Shown: in pieces, positions 31,596 through 40,883 of the stretch
Position numbering within the stretch: position 1 is the first letter of the stretch
How the letters are laid out: every line of letters begins with the position of its first letter
Origin: an uncultured Gammaproteobacteria bacterium
GTDB lineage: Bacteria; Patescibacteriota; Microgenomatia; Daviesbacterales; UBA10151
DNA length: 64,000 bases
Direction of reading: 5' to 3'
NCBI GenBank assembly: GCA_964405655.1
Contig: CAYOOO010000001.1
Span: 89,083 to 153,082, forward strand
Program-made: the position numbers and the translations under genes
The notes under the pieces: model-generated
What the model saw: the letters and a program-made list of their open reading frames with translations, nothing else
The model's database searches: none
What the model was told of the DNA's origin: nothing

Positions 31596-32587
31596 ACGTT
31601 TTGAGTAGTAAAGACATCACGGATGACATCTTCAATTTGGGCTTCCTCGATGTTCAAATCATCAACTGGAAATTCTTTTAATAACTCGGAGACAGCTTGT
31701 GAGGCCCTGGTTCTTTTGACAGAAAGAACTGCTTGAGGGAAATTATATTCTTGTAGTTTGCCAATTTTTTTAAGTTTCTCTGGATCGATCTCTTTACTAA
31801 AAATTGCAGTAATGACTTTATGATCAGCAAATTTTTTAATGATTGCTTCAAGTTTGCCATCAAAAAGTATTTTTCCCTTATCTATAATAATTACTCTCTC
31901 GCATAACTCTTTAACATCCTCCATGTAGTGACTAGTAAGTATAATAGTAGATGACGTTTTCCTATTGTATTCCTTGATAAAATCTCGCATCTTTTTTTGC
32001 ATAACCACATCCAGGCCAATTGTTGGCTCATCCAAAAATAGAATCTTTGGTGAGTGGAGAAGAGCAGCAATCAATTCCATCTTCATCCTTTGTCCCAAGG
32101 AGAGTTTTCTCACCTGGACTTTTAACAAATCTTCAACTTCTAAAAGCTCAACCAGTTCGTCTAAAGTTTTTTTAAAGTCCTCATTGGATACCTCATAAAT
32201 CTCTTTATTTAAAATAAAGGACTCAATTGCGGGTAAGTCCCACCAAAGTTGATTTTTCTGACCCATCACCAAAGAAAATTGTTTTTGAAATTGGGCTTTT
32301 CTCTCCCAAGGAGTGTAGCCTAACACCTCAACTTCACCCGAGGTAGGATATAAAAGTCCGGATAGAACCTTTAGGGTTGTAGTTTTACCAGCACCATTCG
32401 GTCCAATAAATCCGATTAGCTCTCCCATGCTTATTTGGAAGGAAATGTCGTTAACTGCTTTAACGTCATAATACTGTCTGTTAAATAGCGATTTAACAGA
32501 ACCAATTAAACCTGGTTCTTTTTGGTGAACACGGTAATATTTTTTAAGCTTACTTACTTTAATAACTGGTTGATCATCTCCCGGCAT
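31592..32587 (-). CDS. ABC transporter ATP-binding protein
   Basis: GPNGAGKTT, LSLGQ, LFLDEPTIGLD, TSH. Confidence 0.95.
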   Translation of the reverse strand: MPGDDQPVIKVSKLKKYYRVHQKEPGLIGSVKSLFNRQYYDVKAVNDISFQISMGELIGFIGPNGAGKTTTLKVLSGLLYPTSGEVEVLGYTPWERKAQFQKQFSLVMGQKNQLWWDLPAIESFILNKEIYEVSNEDFKKTLDELVELLEVEDLLKVQVRKLSLGQRMKMELIAALLHSPKILFLDEPTIGLDVVMQKKMRDFIKEYNRKTSSTIILTSHYMEDVKELCERVIIIDKGKILFDGKLEAIIKKFADHKVITAIFSKEIDPEKLKKIGKLQEYNFPQAVLSVKRTRASQAVSELLKEFPVDDLNIEEAQIEDVIRDVFTTQNV

Positions 32588-32602
32588 AATATAAATTTTA
32601 AC

Positions 32603-33388
32603 TTACGAGCTAGCTGAAGTGTAGTGGTTAAGTGCAAACTTCCAGAATGAAACTGAGCAAAGAAATAGAATGCTGGCAACAACTATCTCAGCAAAGATTA
32701 ACTCAAAGTTGTTTCTCAAAAAGACTTCTACTGGGACTGAAATTATTAATCCGATCGGGAGTATAAATGTTAGAATAAAGGAAACAGTTTTACCATAAAT
32801 ATTAGTCGGAAATGAGAGAGGAGTTGTCATTATAAAAAAGATACTCCCCAAAGAATAAAAGTTAATAATCCAAATGGATAGTGTTGCCAGCATATAATAG
32901 ATGGAATAAAGAATAACAAAACCACAAATTAGATTAATTAAAAATATTGGTATATTAATAAATAGATGACCAATTGTTAAGCCACCTAGGGCATAACCTA
33001 CCAAAATTAGGCCTGCTAAAACATTGATGAATTCAAATGGTCTGGTTAAGCGAAAGCTTATGAAAAATTGTGAATTAACCGGTTTAGTTAATAAGTAGTC
33101 CAAATCACCCGCTCTAATATAACGTGTTATAAAGGAGATACCGCGGTGAAATAAGCCGTAGAATATCGATAGTATTATTCTGGAAATACCCAACAAAAAC
33201 AGCATTTGATACTTATTCCAGTGATTAAGTTCTTTGGTATAAAGAAAAATTGTATTAACAAAAACTAATGTAATTATTAATGAGATTATTGATCCGATGA
33301 GCGTACCAAATGTATTAATTCGGTTTTCGAGATACCTTTTGGAGGATAACGAAATTAGAGCAATTAAAACTTTTAAGTGCTTTTTCAT
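32603..33388 (-). CDS. ABC-2 family permease (DUF990-like)
   Basis: IRAGDLDYLLTKPVNSQF, C-terminal YTSASS. Confidence 0.85.
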   Translation of the reverse strand: MKKHLKVLIALISLSSKRYLENRINTFGTLIGSIISLIITLVFVNTIFLYTKELNHWNKYQMLFLLGISRIILSIFYGLFHRGISFITRYIRAGDLDYLLTKPVNSQFFISFRLTRPFEFINVLAGLILVGYALGGLTIGHLFINIPIFLINLICGFVILYSIYYMLATLSIWIINFYSLGSIFFIMTTPLSFPTNIYGKTVSFILTFILPIGLIISVPVEVFLRNNFELIFAEIVVASILFLCSVSFWKFALNHYTSASS

Positions 33389-34188
33389 GAGCCATATCCT
33401 TTATAACTTTTTTCAAATCCCCTATAAACTAATTGGTATAACAATAAGCTGATGATTACCCAGGCTATTTCTATTGAGAAACCCTGTATCAATTGTGAGA
33501 CAGTTAATTTGTTAAGCAGAATTTCTATGGGAAAAGATAGAGTATATCTAAAGGGTGTAAACAATGCCAGGGTTGATAAAAAAGAGGGAAAGAAAGCAAG
33601 AGGTATTAGTCTGCCTGCAAATAAGGTATAAGCCAGGTCCATATAACTTTTTAAAAATCCTATATCGTAAAACCAAACAGTCGATAAGCCAATCAATACC
33701 TCAAATAAAAAGACGATGATATAACCCAGGACAACTGATAGTAAAAACATTGAGATTGTTAATGGGTCAAAGTGGAACCTAGTCCAGACTGAAGAGGGCA
33801 CAATAAAAAAAATTACAACCATCGCTAAATTAACTGTGGTGATTTTAAAAACCTTGTCTCCTAAGTTTTCGATCATATATCTAAAAATCACGGGATATGG
33901 TTTAAGTAGGTATGTTGACAGACGGCTATTTAAAACATCCTCGCTAATAAACCAAGATTGCCACATCTCAGTGATAATACCGATATAAATTGCAGCAATA
34001 AAATAGGCGATTAAGTCTAATTGATTATAAGGAAGTTTACTTAAGTTTGAAGTCGCTGACCAAAGAGCCAAACCCATTAGCGGGATAAATGAACTACCAA
34101 AGCTATAGATAATCATATCGCCTCGGTACTCCAACCTATCTAAAAGAGAAAGCTTTAAAAAAGCCCAAAATTTTTTAAATTCTTTCAT
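33385..34188 (-). CDS. ABC-2 family permease
   Basis: LEYR, LSTYLLKP, GRLIPLAFFP, PFRYTLSFP. Confidence 0.83.
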   Translation of the reverse strand: MKEFKKFWAFLKLSLLDRLEYRGDMIIYSFGSSFIPLMGLALWSATSNLSKLPYNQLDLIAYFIAAIYIGIITEMWQSWFISEDVLNSRLSTYLLKPYPVIFRYMIENLGDKVFKITTVNLAMVVIFFIVPSSVWTRFHFDPLTISMFLLSVVLGYIIVFLFEVLIGLSTVWFYDIGFLKSYMDLAYTLFAGRLIPLAFFPSFLSTLALFTPFRYTLSFPIEILLNKLTVSQLIQGFSIEIAWVIISLLLYQLVYRGFEKSYKGYGS

Positions 34189-34278
34189 TGTAAAATAATG
34201 CACCAACGTAGATTTTTAATCAAGGAATATTAACTCATTCCTACCTCTTGATATTTATCTGATATAATCACTTCGTTT

Positions 34279-35271
34279 ATGAAAATAATAGTGACTGGTG
34301 CTGCTGGATTTATGGGTAGTCATTTATTTGACTATCTTTTAAAAAAAGGACATCAGCTTCTGGGGATTGATAACTACTCAATTGGTGAGTATAAACATCC
34401 CAATATCAAAAAGATTGATGTTGCCAAGGAACCGGTTAAGCTAGCAGCTGCAATTAAAAATTTTAAACCGGATATTTTATTTCATCTGGCTGCTTGGGCT
34501 CATGAAGGATTAAGTCAATTCTCACCGATAAGAATTACTGAGACGAATTATAATGGTTACTTAAACACCCTAGTCCCTTCTATCAGGGCAGGAGTTAAGC
34601 GAGTGGTTGTTTGTTCTTCGATGAGCGTTTATGGAAATCAGAACCCCCCTTTTGATGAAGATATGAGTCGAAAGCCAGTTGATATTTACGCAGTAGCCAA
34701 ATCTGCAATGGAGGAAGCAACTGAGATATTATCTCGTGTGCATGGCTTTGAATACATTATAGTCAGGCCTCATAATGTCTATGGACCCAGACAATCCTTG
34801 TCTGATCCATATCGAAATGTAGTAGCAATTTTTATAAATTGTTTACTTAGAAATAAACCTTTTTATATCTATGGAGATGGTGAAGGCAGACGGGCTTTTA
34901 CTTATATTGATGATTTTACTCCCTATTTAGCAAAAACAGGTTTTATTAGACAAAGCGGCTTGATATTCAATATTGGACCTGAGGAAGACTACAGCATTAA
35001 TGATTTAGCCAAAGAAATTCTAAAACACTTTCATGATGCTCCTAAACCAATTTATCTGCCAGATCGGCCCTTGGAGGTTAAACAGGCATTTTGTACCTCA
35101 GATAAAGCTAAAAAATTCTTAGGCTATAAAACATCAATTAGTTTCTCAGATGGAATTGCTAAGATGGTGAAATGGGCAAAAGAGATTGGGCCAAAAGAGC
35201 CAGCATATTTAAATGAGCTAGAGTTAACCAATCAAGATACCCCCAAAACCTGGAAAGACAAATTAATTTAG
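34279..35271 (+). CDS. NAD-dependent epimerase/dehydratase
   Basis: TGAAGFMGS, SSMSVYG, YAVAK (YxxxK), RPHNVYGP. Confidence 0.92.
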   Translation: MKIIVTGAAGFMGSHLFDYLLKKGHQLLGIDNYSIGEYKHPNIKKIDVAKEPVKLAAAIKNFKPDILFHLAAWAHEGLSQFSPIRITETNYNGYLNTLVPSIRAGVKRVVVCSSMSVYGNQNPPFDEDMSRKPVDIYAVAKSAMEEATEILSRVHGFEYIIVRPHNVYGPRQSLSDPYRNVVAIFINCLLRNKPFYIYGDGEGRRAFTYIDDFTPYLAKTGFIRQSGLIFNIGPEEDYSINDLAKEILKHFHDAPKPIYLPDRPLEVKQAFCTSDKAKKFLGYKTSISFSDGIAKMVKWAKEIGPKEPAYLNELELTNQDTPKTWKDKLI

Positions 35272-35331
35272 CTCTCACGATCTTCTTAGTAAAAGTTGAC
35301 AAAGCGTGGATAGTTTTAGTAACCTTGCGCT

Positions 35332-35353
35332 ACTGCCTATGTAGGCAGTTTTT
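35332..35353 (+). terminator. GC hairpin plus U-tract, terminator-like or 5' leader hairpin
   Basis: ACTGCCTA-TG-TAGGCAGT followed by TTTT; lies just after a TTGACA-18 nt-TAACCT promoter (35296-35325). Confidence 0.45.
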
Positions 35354-35357
35354 AATT

Positions 35358-36095
35358 ATGGCAATTTCAGAAGTTCAAGCAAATTTGGAAAGACTGGCTC
35401 AATCTTACCCTGGAAGACTCTTAATAGTGGGTATTTCAGGAGAAGCTAAAGCTTGGTGGCAGTTTGGGATTGTTATGGGAAGAAGTGCTGGTTCGAGAAA
35501 TAGGATCTTAGAAATGGCTGAAGGTGGAGCTGTAGTTAGAACTGTTGTGTTTAATCCGTCTGAGGAAGCAGGGGAGTCTGATAAGACTATATATAACATG
35601 GTTGTAGATAATGGGCATGATCATATCATTTCTAACGGGCGTCAGTCGGATACTTTCGCCAGAGATTTAAAAGCTGGTCATGATATCTGGCATGCAATGA
35701 GAAGTTTGGACTATGAAGATGATCCAGCGCATACAGCCAGAATTACAGCCATAGTTCAAAGTTCCGGTAGGTTTTTTACTATGTGTAGGGTGTCAATCAA
35801 CCCACTTGATAGCGAAGGTCTCTACGACCCATTTTATGGCCACTATAGAATTGCAGTTCCCAAACCAGGATATGGATTTGTTATTCAAACCTACACAGGA
35901 GATGGAGGAGTTAAACCGTCAAGGGATGAGCCGTACCCGGTAGCTCTACAAGCTACTTTGGAAGAGGCTGCTGAATTTATCTGGCAAACTCTTGATAAAG
36001 ATAATAGGGTAGCCTTAGTTGCTAAAGAAATAGCTAGAGGTTCTGGACATGCTGTTAGATTTGCTCCTCTTAAAAATGCCAGATTAGGTGACTAA
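35358..36095 (+). CDS. PurO-like IMP cyclohydrolase family protein (Ntn fold)
   Basis: YPGRLLIVG, MGRSAGSRNR, ISNGRQSD, YEDDP.HTARI, IQTYTGDG. Confidence 0.75.
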   Translation: MAISEVQANLERLAQSYPGRLLIVGISGEAKAWWQFGIVMGRSAGSRNRILEMAEGGAVVRTVVFNPSEEAGESDKTIYNMVVDNGHDHIISNGRQSDTFARDLKAGHDIWHAMRSLDYEDDPAHTARITAIVQSSGRFFTMCRVSINPLDSEGLYDPFYGHYRIAVPKPGYGFVIQTYTGDGGVKPSRDEPYPVALQATLEEAAEFIWQTLDKDNRVALVAKEIARGSGHAVRFAPLKNARLGD

Positions 36096-36112
36096 ATTTG
36101 TATAATATCTCC

Positions 36113-36577
36113 ATGATCAAAGTTTTGCTTTTGGATTTTTCAAGAGTTTTACTGCATCCTAAAGATAAAAGTTATCAAGGAGGTTTAAATGATCTTCATA
36201 AAAAGTTATCCCGAGATTCTAGTTATAAAATCTTTGACCATTTTGAGTTAAATGAAGAGCTTATCAAGTTCCTATCAAAACTTAGAGAAAGATTTTATTT
36301 GTGTATTTTTACAACAGAGCTTATCCAAGAAGACCCTGCGATCCAAGAAAAGATAAAACCAATCTTTGATAAGGTCTATTCTGCAAAGTATTTAGGCTTT
36401 GGTAAAACAAACAGTAAATCTTATAAACTAATCCTAAAAGATTTAAAAGCTTTACCTGAGGAAGTCTTTTTTATAGATGATACAATGGAAAATTTAAAAG
36501 CTGCTCAACAAGCTGGCCTTCAGGCCTACAAATACAGTTCAAATCAAGAAGTTTTTCAATTAATAGAAAGATTGTAA
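36113..36577 (+). CDS. HAD superfamily hydrolase
   Basis: LLLDFSRVL (motif I variant), FFIDDTMENL.AA..AG. Confidence 0.78.
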   Translation: MIKVLLLDFSRVLLHPKDKSYQGGLNDLHKKLSRDSSYKIFDHFELNEELIKFLSKLRERFYLCIFTTELIQEDPAIQEKIKPIFDKVYSAKYLGFGKTNSKSYKLILKDLKALPEEVFFIDDTMENLKAAQQAGLQAYKYSSNQEVFQLIERL

Positions 36578-36630
36578 GATATTTAATATTTGCTATATTG
36601 GTAATAAAGAAAGTATATTTAATTTAGAAA

Positions 36631-37140
36631 ATGGAAGAACTGATTAATGGAATTATCTCGATCCCCTTTATTAGCCAGCTGGCAAACCTCCACGGTCTAT
36701 TAGCAATGCTTTCCTTGGTGTTTTTTGGATCAAGCTTTGCCCTATATTTTTTTAGTAACAAAATTAAGGATTCAATTAGATGGTTGAAACTTACACTGGC
36801 AGCCTTATTTACTGTTTTGGTTTTGCTTGACCTTATGGGTCTAATTATTTACGTTCCTTATCGAAGTGTTGGAGGAGCTAAGTCTTTATTAGTTGCTTCC
36901 AAAGACACAGCTTGGTTGCATGAAATAATATTTGAACATAAAGAGTTTTTAGCTTATGCCCCACCTCTTTTAATTTTTTCAGCCCTTTTTATAGTCTTAA
37001 AGCTAGGTGATTCATTTACAGATAATCAAAAATATCGCTATTTAAGATTAGCCGTGATAAATTCATCAGTGTTAGCTTTGATATTTGTCTTAGTTGTAGC
37101 AGCGGAAGCAGTATTAGTTACCAAAGCTGCGCCTTTATGA
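36631..37140 (+). CDS. Hypothetical 4-TM membrane protein
   Basis: Four hydrophobic segments; His residues in ANLHG and LHEIIFEHKE. Confidence 0.65.
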   Translation: MEELINGIISIPFISQLANLHGLLAMLSLVFFGSSFALYFFSNKIKDSIRWLKLTLAALFTVLVLLDLMGLIIYVPYRSVGGAKSLLVASKDTAWLHEIIFEHKEFLAYAPPLLIFSALFIVLKLGDSFTDNQKYRYLRLAVINSSVLALIFVLVVAAEAVLVTKAAPL

Positions 37141-37457
37141 AAGATCAAGATCTGACAGATTCTAATTCAGTTCTCTGGGCAACCTCGGCTAGCTTAAATT
37201 TTTTTTGGGTATTAAATATTTTTAAAGAAAGTTTTAAGGATGTTAAAAACTTTTTAAACTTTTATCCACCCACAGGGCCACTTTTAGGGCTATTCACTTT
37301 TTCTATATTTGTATTTATTGTCGTGCTCTTTGGCTTAAAATTAATTAGGATAAGAAATCAGAAATTTTCTTTTTGGGCAATATTAATCTCATCCATTTTG
37401 TTTTTAATAATGGTTTTCCCGCCAGTCTTTAAAATAATAGTTGATCAACTAAAATAA
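37137..37457 (+). CDS. Hypothetical 3-TM membrane protein
   Basis: ATGA overlap with upstream gene; FYPPTGPLLG. Confidence 0.6.
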   Translation: MKDQDLTDSNSVLWATSASLNFFWVLNIFKESFKDVKNFLNFYPPTGPLLGLFTFSIFVFIVVLFGLKLIRIRNQKFSFWAILISSILFLIMVFPPVFKIIVDQLK

Positions 37458-37468
37458 CACTCACTATA

Positions 37469-38590
37469 ATGCCAGAAGGTTCTCCAATATCCTACTCATC
37501 AACAGGAGTTGATTATGAGAAGATTGATCCTTTAAAGCGAATGGCTCAACTGACAGCCAGAAGTACTACTGGGAATTTAGCAGATTTAGGGTTTGGGGAA
37601 GTTGAAGCGAGTAGAGGCGAATCAGCTCATGTTATAGATGTTGGACCCTTTTACTTGGCAACAGTTATTGAAGGACTGGGCACTAAAAACTTGGTAGCTG
37701 ATGCGCTTAGGCTAACTGATGGACCCAGTTTTTATAACAACGTGGCTCAAGATACTGTGGCTATGATTGTTAATGATTTGATTACTGTGGGAGCCAGGCC
37801 CTTGGTAGTTAGCGCTTACTGGGCAGCTGGCAGTGATGATTGGTTTGAAGACAAAAGAAGGATGAAAGATTTGGCAGAGGGTTGGGCAGCCGCTTGCAAT
37901 AAAGCAGGGGCGATTTATGGTGGAGGTGAAACTCCTGTACTTAAAGGTATCACTACCTCTGGGATTGTTGATTTAGCTGGAGCTGCCGTAGGAATAATTC
38001 AGCCTAAATCCAGATTGACACTAGGGGACAAATTAACAGAGGGTGATAGAATTTTACTAGCTCCCAGTTCTGGAATCCATGCTAATGGATTAACTTTGGC
38101 CAGAAGGATCGCTTCAAATCTTCCTGATGGGTATAATAGCCGCTTAAGCGATAACAGAACTTTTGGCGAAGCACTTTTAGAACCAACTCCAATTTATGCA
38201 CCGCTTGTGAAAGAACTTTTTGATGGGGGGGTTGATATTCATTACATGGTTAATATTACAGGGCATGGCTTCAGAAAGTTAATGCGGGCCAGGCAGGATT
38301 TCCGTTATGTTTTAGAAAAGATTCCAACACCGCAAGCTGAATTTGATTTTATTAGAAAACACTCAAGACTTAGTCTAGAAGAGATGTATGGCACATTTAA
38401 CATGGGGGCAGGTTTTGCTTTTTTTGTGGCTGAAGGTTCTGTTGACCGGGCAATAGAGGTTGCCAAAGGATCACAAGGTATAGATTTATTAAACGCAGGC
38501 TATGTTGAGAATTCTGCTAAGAATTCTCAGGAAGTATTTATCAAACCACTAGACATACGCTTCAGCGATAATTCTTTAGGAGTTAGATAA
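37469..38590 (+). CDS. purM: Phosphoribosylformylglycinamidine cyclo-ligase (AIR synthase)
   Basis: YSSTGVD, EGLGTK, AMIVNDL, GGETP, SSGIHANG, NITGHG, TFNMGAG. Confidence 0.9.
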   Translation: MPEGSPISYSSTGVDYEKIDPLKRMAQLTARSTTGNLADLGFGEVEASRGESAHVIDVGPFYLATVIEGLGTKNLVADALRLTDGPSFYNNVAQDTVAMIVNDLITVGARPLVVSAYWAAGSDDWFEDKRRMKDLAEGWAAACNKAGAIYGGGETPVLKGITTSGIVDLAGAAVGIIQPKSRLTLGDKLTEGDRILLAPSSGIHANGLTLARRIASNLPDGYNSRLSDNRTFGEALLEPTPIYAPLVKELFDGGVDIHYMVNITGHGFRKLMRARQDFRYVLEKIPTPQAEFDFIRKHSRLSLEEMYGTFNMGAGFAFFVAEGSVDRAIEVAKGSQGIDLLNAGYVENSAKNSQEVFIKPLDIRFSDNSLGVR

Positions 38591-38640
38591 TAATCTTAGA
38601 ACATCGTGACTAAAATACCTACTTGTTAATTATCCCATAG

Positions 38641-38668
38641 TTGATAATACCGAGACATTTGATATAAT
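38641..38668 (+). promoter_or_regulatory. sigma70 promoter giving a leaderless mRNA
   Basis: TTGATA-16 nt-TATAAT (TG extension) with ATG 6 nt downstream. Confidence 0.6.
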
Positions 38669-38674
38669 CCTCTT

Positions 38675-39193
38675 ATGGCTTTAGAGAGTTGGGTACAAAA
38701 AGTTATTTCAATGCCTGGTGAATTTAGGAGAGCTACATTTTATCAAACTGAACTTCAGGCAGTTGTTGGGACTCCCGAGGCTAATTATCGTATGCTAGCA
38801 GTTTTTGATAATGACGGATATGGATTAGAACCTGGAGTATATGTTCAAACTAACTTAACTACTGAGGGGGTAAATAGTTTACCTCATGTTAGGAGAAGAA
38901 TTTCCCAGCAAGTTTGCCTAGCTTTAATGGATGATAGTGAACCAACACCAGTGAATCCTGAAATTACTGGGTTGCCTGTAGTAGACAATAGAAACGCAAT
39001 TATAATGGAAGTAGTTGCAGAAACAGCCTCAGGAGGAATTGTTTATAAAGTATTTAGCGCTCAAAATGGGGAAAAACCTACGCCCTTAAGCGATGCATTA
39101 AAAGGCAGAAGCAGACAAGCTTACTCTATAACCCCTTTAACCCGTTTCGGTAGTTTCCTAGATAGAATCCGCCGTGGTAGATTTTATAAATAA
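38675..39193 (+). CDS. Hypothetical protein
   Basis: 172-aa ORF with its own promoter; no recognisable motif. Confidence 0.6.
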   Translation: MALESWVQKVISMPGEFRRATFYQTELQAVVGTPEANYRMLAVFDNDGYGLEPGVYVQTNLTTEGVNSLPHVRRRISQQVCLALMDDSEPTPVNPEITGLPVVDNRNAIIMEVVAETASGGIVYKVFSAQNGEKPTPLSDALKGRSRQAYSITPLTRFGSFLDRIRRGRFYK

Positions 39194-39212
39194 ATGGTGG
39201 CAATTTTGTAAG

Positions 39213-39284
39213 TGACCCGCCTGGGATTCGAACCCAGAACCAATAGCTTAAAAGGCTACTGCTCTACCATTGAGCTAGCGGGCC
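39213..39284 (-). tRNA. tRNA-Lys(TTT)
   Basis: Reverse complement GGCCCGC...GTAGC-CTTTTAA-GCTAT...GGTTCGAATCC-CAGGCGGGTC-A. Confidence 0.95.
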
Positions 39285-39535
39285 ATGTATTTACTTTTTA
39301 CAAAACTTCTCCCTCTTGAAGACTTTAATTGCTTTTCTCTTAGAAGCGCTTCAAATCTTGTATTATATTCTTCTTTGTAAACTAGTTTCCACTCTCCCGA
39401 ATTTATTTTTGTAAAAGACCTATGTTTGGATCTCAAGCTATCATTGTGCCTATCTAATCTTTTTAATAGATCCGCGGTTTGACCAATATATAATTTATTC
39501 CTTTGTCTATTGTGTAAAACATAAACTATAAACAT
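39275..39535 (-). CDS. Small GIY-YIG nuclease (UPF0213/SLX1-like)
   Basis: VYVL...LYIGQT.DL.KRL..HN...FTK..W.LVY.E......A..REKQLK; stop codon lies inside the 5' end of tRNA-Lys. Confidence 0.9.
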   Translation of the reverse strand: MFIVYVLHNRQRNKLYIGQTADLLKRLDRHNDSLRSKHRSFTKINSGEWKLVYKEEYNTRFEALLREKQLKSSRGRSFVKSKYMAR

Positions 39536-39537
39536 TT

Positions 39538-39587
39538 TAGCTTAAAAGTCCGTCAGCCGACGGATCTAACCATTGAGCTAGCGGGCC
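39538..39587 (-). pseudogene. Duplicated 5' half of tRNA-Lys(TTT) interrupted by a 16-nt palindrome
   Basis: 39569-39587 = 39266-39284 (19 bp) and 39538-39548 = 39244-39254 (11 bp); TCCGTCAGCCGACGGA replaces GCTACTGC. Confidence 0.85.
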
Positions 39588-39651
39588 TTTTCGAAATCGT
39601 AAACGATTTCGAGTCAAAATTCCCCAGGAATTTTGGGAAAAACACACACTA

Positions 39652-39680
39652 ATTATACTTTGAGTTTATATCTAAGGCAA
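39652..39680 (-). promoter_or_regulatory. sigma70 promoter driving the tRNA fragment, GIY-YIG gene and tRNA-Lys
   Basis: Minus strand TTGCCT-17 nt-TATAAT. Confidence 0.6.
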
Positions 39681-39699
39681 GCATTCGAGCACGAAAAAC

Positions 39700-39715
39700 C
39701 CCGCCTTGCGGCGGG
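39700..39715. repeat. REP-like GC palindrome
   Basis: CCCGCC-TTGC-GGCGGG; near-identical copy at 57350-57364. Confidence 0.7.
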
Positions 39716-39816
39716 ATTCTTCGAGAACTCGTCTTCACAAGGAAAACAAGTGTTAATATCTTACATTATTGTCGCTTCCTTGTCAAATTTATCCATCATC
39801 TGTTAGTATCTTAACA

Positions 39817-40758
39817 ATGGGTAAAAAGGCACTAATTACTGGGGGAGCAGGCTTTATTGGCTCCCATATCCAAGACAAGTTAATTAAGTTGGGACACCAG
39901 ATTGCTATCTTAGACAATCTCCGTTCAGGTAAAAAAGAAAATCTTAACCCTCAGGCTACTTTTTTTAATGTAGATATTAGATCTTTGGAGGATGTTAAAA
40001 AAGTCTTTGACCAATTTCAACCAGAAATCGTCTTTCACTTAGCTGCTCAGAATGAAGTTCCTTATTCAATGGATCATCCAATAGAAGATGAACAGATAAA
40101 TATAGAAGGGACTATTAACATACTGGAGGCTTCCAAAGCTACAGCTGTTAAACAGGTGATTTATTCAAATACTGGTGGAGCATTTTATGGGGATGTAGAA
40201 GAATCAGATCTGCCTATTAAGGAGGATCACATAATTTTAAAGCCAACATCTTTTTATGGAGTCTCAAAACATTGCGCTGAAGAATACTTAAAACTTTATG
40301 GAAATTTATATGGCATAGATTGGGTTTCTTTAAGGTATTCAAATGTTTATGGCCCCAGGCAAGATGGGAATAAAGAAGCTGGGGTAGTGGCAATTTTTAC
40401 ACAAAAACTTTTAAATAAAGAGCAACCAACTATAAATGGGGATGGTAGACATACTAGAGATTATGTTCATGTCTTTGATGTGGTTGAGGCAAATATTAAA
40501 GCTATGAATTATGACAAAAATGATTTCTTTAATATTTCAACTGGAGTTAGAACTTCCAATTTAGAGGTTTTTCAAACAATAGAAGAGGAACTAAAAACAA
40601 GCATTGAGGTTATGTTTGGTCCAGAAAGAGCAGGCGATGCACTTCATAGTAGTCTCTCTCCCAGGAAAGCCAAAGAGCTTCTTCTCTGGCAGCCAAAATA
40701 TGACTTTAAATCAGGTATTAAGCAAGCTGTAGAATACTATCTAAAAAAGAACAATTAA
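39817..40758 (+). CDS. NAD-dependent epimerase (UDP-glucose 4-epimerase-like)
   Basis: TGGAGFIGSH, YGVSK, LRYSNVYGPRQ, TRDYVHV. Confidence 0.92.
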   Translation: MGKKALITGGAGFIGSHIQDKLIKLGHQIAILDNLRSGKKENLNPQATFFNVDIRSLEDVKKVFDQFQPEIVFHLAAQNEVPYSMDHPIEDEQINIEGTINILEASKATAVKQVIYSNTGGAFYGDVEESDLPIKEDHIILKPTSFYGVSKHCAEEYLKLYGNLYGIDWVSLRYSNVYGPRQDGNKEAGVVAIFTQKLLNKEQPTINGDGRHTRDYVHVFDVVEANIKAMNYDKNDFFNISTGVRTSNLEVFQTIEEELKTSIEVMFGPERAGDALHSSLSPRKAKELLLWQPKYDFKSGIKQAVEYYLKKNN

Positions 40759-40808
40759 TCCCCTGGGCTTGGATAACAACAAGATTTTTGCTAAAATTTA
40801 GCTCACAT

Positions 40809-40882
40809 GCCGCGTTCGTCTAGTGGCCTAGGACATCGGGCTTTCATCCCGAAAATCACGGGTTCGACTCCCGTACGCGGTA
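40809..40882 (+). tRNA. tRNA-Glu(TTC)
   Basis: GCCGCGT/ACGCGGT acceptor stem, TCGGG-CTTTCAT-CCCGA, GGTTCGACTCC. Confidence 0.95.
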
Positions 40883-40883
40883 C

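Noticed and set aside
35290-35357. Purine or ZMP riboswitch upstream of the PurO-like gene
   Set aside because: The predicted leader is only ~25 nt with one hairpin, too short for a known aptamer
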